DNA of 64,000 bases from an uncultured SAR86 cluster bacterium. GTDB lineage: Bacteria; Pseudomonadota; Gammaproteobacteria; Magnimaribacterales; AG-339-G14. The stretch lies in the NCBI GenBank assembly GCA_902625415.1, contig CACOBG010000005.1:43002-107001 (forward strand), given 5' to 3'. The translations under genes were made by a program, and so were the position numbers. Numbering within the stretch: position 1 is the stretch's first letter; each line of letters begins with the position of its first letter. The notes under the pieces were generated by a model. That model did no database searches. It was not told the origin of the DNA and saw only the letters and a list, made by a program, of their open reading frames with translations. Positions 57,499-64,000 of this stretch are shown in pieces.

Positions 57499-58545
57499 TC
57501 AGTCATGCCTCAACGAAACTAATCCTAAAAGTTCTCCATTTTTCATCTCTTCGAGAGTTTTATTAGCCTCAGAAACATTTCTAGATTCAACTTCAACAGG
57601 TTCAATTTTTCCAGCTGCTACTAATTTCATTAACTCTTCCATTTCACCAAGACTGCCTACATAAGAACCCAAAATCTTTCTTTCAGTCAAAGTAATAAGG
57701 GGAAGAGGAATAGTTAGTTGTCCTCCAAATAATCCCACAACTACAATTGTTCCTCCTTTGGCAAGACACTGATAGCCAAGATTTACAGATTGTTCGGCTC
57801 CAACAAAATCAACTATTGCGTTTGCGCCACCGTTTGTAACTTCCATAAGTTTTTCGGAGGCTCCTTCTTTAGAAGAATTTATTACTTCTGAAGCACCTAA
57901 ATCTTTTGCTACTTTTAATTTTTCGTCATCGATGTCAATAACTATTGGATTTATTCCATAAGCAGCTCTGGCTATTTTTAAGGCTAAAAGCCCCAATCCT
58001 CCTGCACTTACAATTACTAGAGAATTATCTTTAGTAAAAGGACCAGCTTTTTTTAAGGCACTAAATGCAGTTAATCCTCTACAAGCATAACTTCCTGCTA
58101 AGCTATCTGGAGTATCGCCAGCACTAAAAAGATATTGTTCTCCCGGCACTAAGACATGATCGCCATATCCACCGCTAACATTAATTCCTAAATTAGAATT
58201 GTTTAAACAATAGTGTGTCTTATCTGAATTACACAGTTCACAGTCTCCACAACCAATCCAAGGGTAAGCAACATATCTCTCTCCAATATTTACAGAAGTA
58301 ACTTCTTCCCCTTTTGCAACTACTTCTCCAAAAATTTCATGACCCATAGTTAAAGGCTCAGCTAAAGGCATTGGTAACTTCATGTCACCGCCTAAATCAA
58401 AATAACCATCGTGAATATGAACATCTGAATGACAAACGCCACAAGATACTGTTTTAAGTAAAATTTCTTTCCCTAATGGTGTTGGCGTTTCTATCTCTTT
58501 TTCTTCTAATGGTTTTCCATTTTCAACTACCTGATAAGCTTTCAT
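57499..58545 (-). CDS. zinc-dependent alcohol dehydrogenase
   Basis: GVCHSDVHIHDG, GHEIFGEV, a structural-zinc Cys cluster (CGDCELC...C) and VSAGGLG. Confidence 0.9.
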   Translation of the reverse strand: MKAYQVVENGKPLEEKEIETPTPLGKEILLKTVSCGVCHSDVHIHDGYFDLGGDMKLPMPLAEPLTMGHEIFGEVVAKGEEVTSVNIGERYVAYPWIGCGDCELCNSDKTHYCLNNSNLGINVSGGYGDHVLVPGEQYLFSAGDTPDSLAGSYACRGLTAFSALKKAGPFTKDNSLVIVSAGGLGLLALKIARAAYGINPIVIDIDDEKLKVAKDLGASEVINSSKEGASEKLMEVTNGGANAIVDFVGAEQSVNLGYQCLAKGGTIVVVGLFGGQLTIPLPLITLTERKILGSYVGSLGEMEELMKLVAAGKIEPVEVESRNVSEANKTLEEMKNGELLGLVSLRHD

Positions 58546-58744
58546 TTCATTTCTCCAAATTCAAAAATTAATATAACCATATTTAGTTTCTCGGGGAAAG
58601 TCTCATAAATTTTTTGTTACTTTGACAGAGAAAAAGCCGTATGGCACTTAGCACTATTTTAGTGCACAAATAGTTCTTTTCTTTGATAGAATCCCAATTT
58701 TAATTTAACACGACACCTAGTCACTTTTTAACTTCGGGGGAAAA

Positions 58745-61594
58745 ATGATCAAATCCTTTTTTAAGTTTACAGCGATTTTATCGTTGCTATTAACCTCTAC
58801 CATATCTTTAGCACAAGTTGCTCTTGAAGAGATGGTAGTTACTTCTCAAAAGAGAGAACAGAATTTATTAGATGTACCTTCCGCACTACAAGCATTTTCT
58901 GGAGATATGCTTGAAGATGCTGGTTTAAGGGACACGAACGACTTAATTAACATGGTTCCTGACATGCTTATGTCTGGGGAAGATAGTGGAAGAGCTAATA
59001 TTTGGTTAAGAGGTATTGGTTCTACAAAATTCGATATTGGTTCTGAAGGCTCTAACGCTTTTTTTGTAGATGAAGTTTACATGTCTAGAAATCAATCAAT
59101 CCTAACAGGTTTAGTTGATCTTGAAAGAATTGAGGTCTTGAAAGGCCCCCAAGGTACTTTATACGGAAGAAATGCCCTAGGTGGAGCGATAAGTGTTTAC
59201 TACAAAAAACCAACGAGTGAATTTGAACAAAAAATCAAAGTAACAGCAGGAGACAGAGGACAAGAACAGATTAGTTACATGCTTTCTGGTGAATTAGGCC
59301 AAGATTTATATGGAAGAATAATTTTAGGTTACCAAGATCAAGAAGGTATGCATAAAGACAATACCTTTGGTGGTGATACCGGGACGAAAAATGAAAACAT
59401 CAGATTTTCTTTATTTGGCGAAGGTACTAATCACGAGTGGTCTTTCACTGTCGACAACGCGCAATCAAAGGATCATGCTGCAGTATCTGAAGCCATTATT
59501 TGCAAAAGAGACTCAACCACATGTACTGCTGCACAAAAAGGTCTGATTCAACCTAGTTTATCTGCAACGACATCAGGATTAGATCTTTTCGTCACTGATT
59601 TTTCTAAAACTGCAGCTTATGTTGGTGCTTTTGCAGCTGCTGGAGGAAATCCTTTTGCAGCAGGCGCTGCCGCACAAATTGACGCTCTTGCAATGAAGCA
59701 AATTTCTGCTGACCGCTATTCATCAAATTTAAGTGAAGATACTTTCATAGAAAGAGAAGATACTCTTATCTCAGGAAGTTTTAAATCGTTCAGAGACGAT
59801 TACGATTTAACAGTTCTTGTTTCGACCAATCAAAATGATGGTGGTGAGTTAAAGGATTTTGACTCAACAGCGGCAAAATCTTTTGTTCAAGGCAGTACTC
59901 AAAAAACTAATCAATCAAGTTTAGAAATAAGATGGAATTCTAAGCCTGAAGATGAAATACAATGGGTAGCCGGAATTTATTCTTACCTGGATTATGGAGA
60001 TCGTTCAGATATTTTTAGAACAGGTCCTGATAGTGTATTTAACCAAGCAGCAGTAGCTGCTACAGCCTATTTGGAAAAAGGTTTGTTCAGCCTAGCTAAC
60101 TTATCAGTTTTGCAAACTCTGGCAACTTATACTCCAGATCCAACAAAAGCACCTTTAGTTGCAACTTACAATGTTGCTACAGGGTCAACACTCGAAACTT
60201 ATGGTACCGCTCAACTTGATTTAAGTATCAATAACAAATCCTCTGCAGCATTTGGTCAAGTAACAATCCCAATGGCTGATAGGTGGAGTATTACACTAGG
60301 AGCGAGATACACTTACGATAACAAAGGAATGAGATATCAAACCTTTTCAAATTCCACTGGAATTCCGCACAGTTTAATTTTGCCTGGATGTACTCCTAAT
60401 ACCGTAAACAATGACGGAACTAAAGGGTGTGCTGATTTTGTTCCTGGTGTTGGTTATAACGCTTCATTATATACTCAAGATCAACATGCGGCTCATGCTG
60501 CTATAATTGCCGGAGCCGTCGCTGCTGCACCAGAACTAGCAAGTGCTCCTACTTGGCAAGCAAGTTGTACTTTTGATAATACTAATGCAATAGGTTCTGC
60601 AGCTTGGGGAGCTGCAAATGCCGCCCTAATTGGAACCGAAGCATGTGGTGCAAATTTTGAAATAATTGCAAATGCTCAAGGGGTTGGAATAGCGCCAATT
60701 GCAGATGCATCACAACTTTTTACCATAAAACAAGAAAAGTCTTGGACTTCAACTGATCCTAAGATGACTATTGATTTCAAACCTAACGAAAGAAGTTTGG
60801 TTTGGTATACGTATGCAACTGGATTTAAAGCAGGTGGTTGGCAGTTTGCAAATTACTTTGAAGCTACTGCTAGACAAGGATTTGATCCGGAAGAGCTTGA
60901 AATGCATGAAATTGGTTACAAAGGTTCTTTTCTTAACGATTCACTTAGCTTAAGTGCAGTTGGATATACTTACGATTGGTCTGATAAACAAGTTATTAAA
61001 GTTTCTGTAATCAATGGATTACCAGTAGGATTAACCAGAAATGCTGCTGAATCTACTATCAACGGCTTGGACTTAAATTTAAGAGCTAGAGTAGCTGACC
61101 AAACAATAATCAATTTTAATTATTCATACATTGATGCTTCTTATGATAATTATTGTGATGACTCCAGAAACTGGTCAGAAGTACATGGAACTTTTACAAC
61201 TTGTAAAACTGGTACTCCTGGAGCTTACAGCAGAGCGGGGGGCAAAATGCCATGGACTCCGGACAATGCAATGGTCTTGTCTGTTGAACATGTAGAACCA
61301 ACTAGAATTGGTGATGTAGTGATAAGCACAAGTTACTCGCACAAAACTAATGTTGGTAATGCAGATGAACGCGTTCCAGGTCTTACATTACTGGATGAAA
61401 TTGCACGTTTGAACTTCTCAACAGCTATTGAATTCAACAATGGCACAACTTTAAGAGGTTTTTGTACTAACTGTTTAGATGTGGATGACGATATTGGATT
61501 TACGCTTATTTATCCTGGAAGTCAGGGCGGAGGAGCTAGAATCAAATACTATGACGGCCTCAGAGCTGGACTAGAAGTTATACACAGATTCTAA
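58745..61594 (+). CDS. TonB-dependent receptor
   Basis: Signal peptide, plug (EEMVVTSQKREQNLLDVPSALQ...RGIGS...VEVLKGPQGTLYGRNALGGAI) and a 22-strand-barrel-length protein ending in the aromatic ...VIHRF. GGGGGAAAA ribosome-binding site upstream. Confidence 0.9.
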   Translation: MIKSFFKFTAILSLLLTSTISLAQVALEEMVVTSQKREQNLLDVPSALQAFSGDMLEDAGLRDTNDLINMVPDMLMSGEDSGRANIWLRGIGSTKFDIGSEGSNAFFVDEVYMSRNQSILTGLVDLERIEVLKGPQGTLYGRNALGGAISVYYKKPTSEFEQKIKVTAGDRGQEQISYMLSGELGQDLYGRIILGYQDQEGMHKDNTFGGDTGTKNENIRFSLFGEGTNHEWSFTVDNAQSKDHAAVSEAIICKRDSTTCTAAQKGLIQPSLSATTSGLDLFVTDFSKTAAYVGAFAAAGGNPFAAGAAAQIDALAMKQISADRYSSNLSEDTFIEREDTLISGSFKSFRDDYDLTVLVSTNQNDGGELKDFDSTAAKSFVQGSTQKTNQSSLEIRWNSKPEDEIQWVAGIYSYLDYGDRSDIFRTGPDSVFNQAAVAATAYLEKGLFSLANLSVLQTLATYTPDPTKAPLVATYNVATGSTLETYGTAQLDLSINNKSSAAFGQVTIPMADRWSITLGARYTYDNKGMRYQTFSNSTGIPHSLILPGCTPNTVNNDGTKGCADFVPGVGYNASLYTQDQHAAHAAIIAGAVAAAPELASAPTWQASCTFDNTNAIGSAAWGAANAALIGTEACGANFEIIANAQGVGIAPIADASQLFTIKQEKSWTSTDPKMTIDFKPNERSLVWYTYATGFKAGGWQFANYFEATARQGFDPEELEMHEIGYKGSFLNDSLSLSAVGYTYDWSDKQVIKVSVINGLPVGLTRNAAESTINGLDLNLRARVADQTIINFNYSYIDASYDNYCDDSRNWSEVHGTFTTCKTGTPGAYSRAGGKMPWTPDNAMVLSVEHVEPTRIGDVVISTSYSHKTNVGNADERVPGLTLLDEIARLNFSTAIEFNNGTTLRGFCTNCLDVDDDIGFTLIYPGSQGGGARIKYYDGLRAGLEVIHRF

Positions 61595-61608
61595 TACTTA
61601 CAAAGCAT

Positions 61609-61640
61609 AAAAAGAGGCGCCTTGGTGGCGCCTCTTTTTT
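61609..61640. terminator. bidirectional rho-independent terminator between the TBDR and P450 genes
   Basis: AAAA-AGAGGCGCC-ttggt-GGCGCCTCT-TTTTT: a perfect 9-bp GC-rich stem (61613-61621 / 61627-61635) flanked by an A-run and a T-run. The T-run overlaps the P450 stop codon. Confidence 0.8.
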
Positions 61641-62940
61641 AACTTGCTTTCAATTTGAGATTATCAAAACCTCGAAAAATTAAATTTCTTCCCCAAATTG
61701 GATTTTTATCCTCTAGCTCTAAGTTTTTAAACCGTTCAAATAGACACTCAAATGCAATTTTAGATTCAATTCTTGCAAGACTTGCGCCGATGCACATGTG
61801 AGGACCATAACCAAAAGAAATGTGTTTTATTTCTTCTCTTGAGATATCAAATTCATTGGGGTTTTTATTTGCTTCAGGATCTCTGTTCGCGCCTGCGATA
61901 CTCACTGCAAAAGGAGTGCCTCTCTTATAAGTTTTTTCATTATAAATCATTTCATTCTCAGCAAATCTGACAGTTGCGTGCACTGGAGGCTCATACCTCA
62001 GCATTTCCTCTATAGCGTTAGGGATTAATTCAAAGTTATTTTGTAAGTGACTCATTTGATCTAAATGATTGAACAAAGTAAACATCCCATTTCCTATAAG
62101 CCTAGTGGTAGTCTCGTGTCCTGCAATTAATAAGAGCAAACAAGTTCCATACATTTCTTTGATATTAAGCTTATCTCCAGATTCCTCCGCTTGAATTAAT
62201 TTTCCAATAAAGTCATCACCCGGAGAATTTTTACGACTCAAAATGATTTCCTCGAAATACCTTATAAGAGCCTCGTACGCATCTCCTGACTTTTTTATAT
62301 CTTCTTTTGAAGTACCAATTCCACCTACACCAACCAATAGGTCTTCAGACCAAGCTTGAAATTGACCAAGGTCTTCATCAGGTAAGCCCATCATCTTTGC
62401 AATTACAATAGCTGGTAGGGGCTTTGCCAAATCTTCAATTAAATCAAAAGAATCTTGGTTGTGAACTTTATCTAAACAATCTTTAACAATTTTTTTTATT
62501 TCTGGTTCAAGCGAGGTTATATATCTATTGGTAAAGCCATATTGAACGAGCTTCCTTATTCTAGAATGATCAGGAGGATCAAGCTTTAACATACTGGGAT
62601 TCTCAAATTGTTCTAACATGATTTCTCTACCGGCCTTTTTAAATTCTTTTCTGCGTTTGTCTGCAATAGGGTATTTTCGATCGTCCACACTAAATCTCTT
62701 ATCCCTTAACATTTCTTGCGCAAACTCCATCTTCGTAACCCAATGCAATCTTGTTGTCTGTGAAAACAAAATTGGTTTGTGGGATCTCATCAAGTTGTAA
62801 GTCTTATAAGGATTGTCTATGTAATCCTTCGAAATGAAGTCTAAAGCAATTCCTTTGTTAGTGAGTTTTTCAAAAATCACTAAAGTTTTGTAAGCTCCAA
62901 TTAGCAAAAAATTTTTAAACTTTGAAAAAAAGGATTTCAT
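61639..62940 (-). CDS. cytochrome P450
   Basis: I-helix LIAGHETT, EMLRYEPP (ExxR) and heme loop FGYGPHMCIGASLA. Confidence 0.95.
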   Translation of the reverse strand: MKSFFSKFKNFLLIGAYKTLVIFEKLTNKGIALDFISKDYIDNPYKTYNLMRSHKPILFSQTTRLHWVTKMEFAQEMLRDKRFSVDDRKYPIADKRRKEFKKAGREIMLEQFENPSMLKLDPPDHSRIRKLVQYGFTNRYITSLEPEIKKIVKDCLDKVHNQDSFDLIEDLAKPLPAIVIAKMMGLPDEDLGQFQAWSEDLLVGVGGIGTSKEDIKKSGDAYEALIRYFEEIILSRKNSPGDDFIGKLIQAEESGDKLNIKEMYGTCLLLLIAGHETTTRLIGNGMFTLFNHLDQMSHLQNNFELIPNAIEEMLRYEPPVHATVRFAENEMIYNEKTYKRGTPFAVSIAGANRDPEANKNPNEFDISREEIKHISFGYGPHMCIGASLARIESKIAFECLFERFKNLELEDKNPIWGRNLIFRGFDNLKLKAS

Positions 62941-62978
62941 AATTAGTAAAAGAATTTTCTAACAGAGAAATAAATATT

Positions 62979-64000
62979 TCAAGATTTGGTTGGTTCAAAC
63001 CAAATTGGTGAAGTCCAAGCCCTTTCTTGTATTGTTGCTGGAATATCAGATCTCGGCTCAACTCCTTCTCTGATCGATTCCCAAGTTGACCATCGACAAA
63101 CTGGATTCTCCAGAACTCTAACGTAATAAAAAGCTTTTTGATCCATCAAGAAATAAGGATCCAACCAAAAAGTTTTCAACTCTGAGGCTCCGGAATTTTT
63201 ACTTACAGAACAGCTTTCAATATCAACTTTAGCACCATTGTCAGGACAACGATGAGTGGATGAATTGACAACTAATCCATCTGAACACACAACGTCATAT
63301 ACCTTTTCTCGGTGTTCTCCATTTTCTAACCAACCTTTTATAATTTGAATTCTTTGAAGCGGCGCACCCAATGGGTCTGCAGAAGCCCATACCAAAAATT
63401 TTGGTTCCTTCTCTTTTTCTATACTAATGGTGGAACCCATTGATAAATTACCCTCATAAGCTTTTTTAACAAGATCCAAGTCATCAATATCAGAATCTTC
63501 AAAACCATATCCTGAAAAAAAGCGTACTTTTATTCTTGGACCACTTGTTGCGAAGGTTTCTTTTTTTCTAAAGGCGTCATAAATTTCCTCGCGAGTATTT
63601 TCTTTCGCCCATACTCCAGTCAGGCCTGAAGCTGAGAAACCTATCAGTCTGTTTGTTACAGCGAAATAATCTTTATCATTAATTTCAGCGAAGGATTCCG
63701 GTCTGAAGATTTTAGCAACTTTAGCAATAGCCCAATTGAAGGGGACTGAACCTCTTAATTCTGGAGTTCCGTCAAGCAAACCAATTTTTGAAAAGAAAGC
63801 TTCTTCAGTATAGGAACCAGCAGCAACATGAGTGTCACTTGCGCCTGCAAGGCCAAATTTGTAAGGGTTTGTTAAGCCTTGTTCAGCTAGAGTCAGCCCC
63901 CTTAAGTAAGCATCACGAACATAGCTCCCTTTTGCATTTTCTAAAACCTTAGCTTGCTTTTCTACCGGTATTTCAAATGCAGCCCATTCATCATTTTTTG
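62979..64000 (-). CDS. DUF3604-family protein, C-terminal part (5' end outside window)
   Basis: The frame stays open past the track's TTG at 63779 to the window edge (...NPYKFGLAGASDTHVAAGSYTEEAFFSKIGLLDGTPEL...). C-terminal ERAWTSPIWFEP is typical of DUF3604. Confidence 0.75.
   Translation of the reverse strand, partial: KNDEWAAFEIPVEKQAKVLENAKGSYVRDAYLRGLTLAEQGLTNPYKFGLAGASDTHVAAGSYTEEAFFSKIGLLDGTPELRGSVPFNWAIAKVAKIFRPESFAEINDKDYFAVTNRLIGFSASGLTGVWAKENTREEIYDAFRKKETFATSGPRIKVRFFSGYGFEDSDIDDLDLVKKAYEGNLSMGSTISIEKEKEPKFLVWASADPLGAPLQRIQIIKGWLENGEHREKVYDVVCSDGLVVNSSTHRCPDNGAKVDIESCSVSKNSGASELKTFWLDPYFLMDQKAFYYVRVLENPVCRWSTWESIREGVEPRSDIPATIQERAWTSPIWFEPTKS

Noticed and set aside
58546-58744. 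Cobalamin or other riboswitch in the TBDR leader
   Set aside because: The spacer is short, shared with the divergent ADH promoter, and has no B12-box-like GC-rich core.
1-64000. Mobile elements, prophage, defence islands, CRISPR, tRNA or rRNA genes
   Set aside because: I saw no integrase, transposase, phage structural, restriction or Cas-like translations, no repeat-spacer arrays, and no intergenic space large enough for structured RNA genes apart from those discussed.

Overview
Visibly AT-rich, very gene-dense chromosomal segment with about 75 protein-coding genes. I saw no rRNA, tRNA, CRISPR array, transposase or integrase. Gene content and order point to a Gammaproteobacterium: rpoH-thiS-thiG-trmB / rdgB-metW-metX-yggT-proC-yggS, plus uvrD, nadB, argS, efp, folA-thyA-lgt, rppH, zapE and hspQ. 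The compaction, a TonB2-type energiser and a TonB-dependent receptor embedded in oxidoreductase genes suggest a streamlined marine, SAR86-like lifestyle; this is inference only. Three stretches look accessory. (i) 1-10.7 kb is a co-directional run of oxygenases and membrane enzymes: a YegU/YegV-like pair, TauD, VOC, an AGMO-like fatty-acid hydroxylase, a long Baeyer-Villiger monooxygenase, MAPEG, nitroreductase, an alpha/beta hydrolase and an ICMT-like protein. (ii) 10.8-17.6 kb is a signalling cluster: a TM-anchored protein, a PAS-like-EAL protein, a DHp-REC-GGDEF protein with no ATPase domain, a CheY-like protein, a double-REC hybrid kinase and a secreted TonB-C-domain-only protein. (iii) 53-64 kb holds GST, GlcG, DUF1295, NMO, a secreted ABM-like protein, SDR, Zn-ADH, a cysteine-paired TonB-dependent receptor, a P450 and DUF3604. 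The remainder, 17.6-53 kb, is ordinary housekeeping plus a six-gene TonB2/Ttp-type energiser operon. My best candidate for an undescribed system is (ii), an Hpt-less phosphorelay wired to c-di-GMP turnover and physically linked to a soluble periplasmic TonB C-terminal domain. All product calls come from reading motifs in the supplied translations; no database search was possible.
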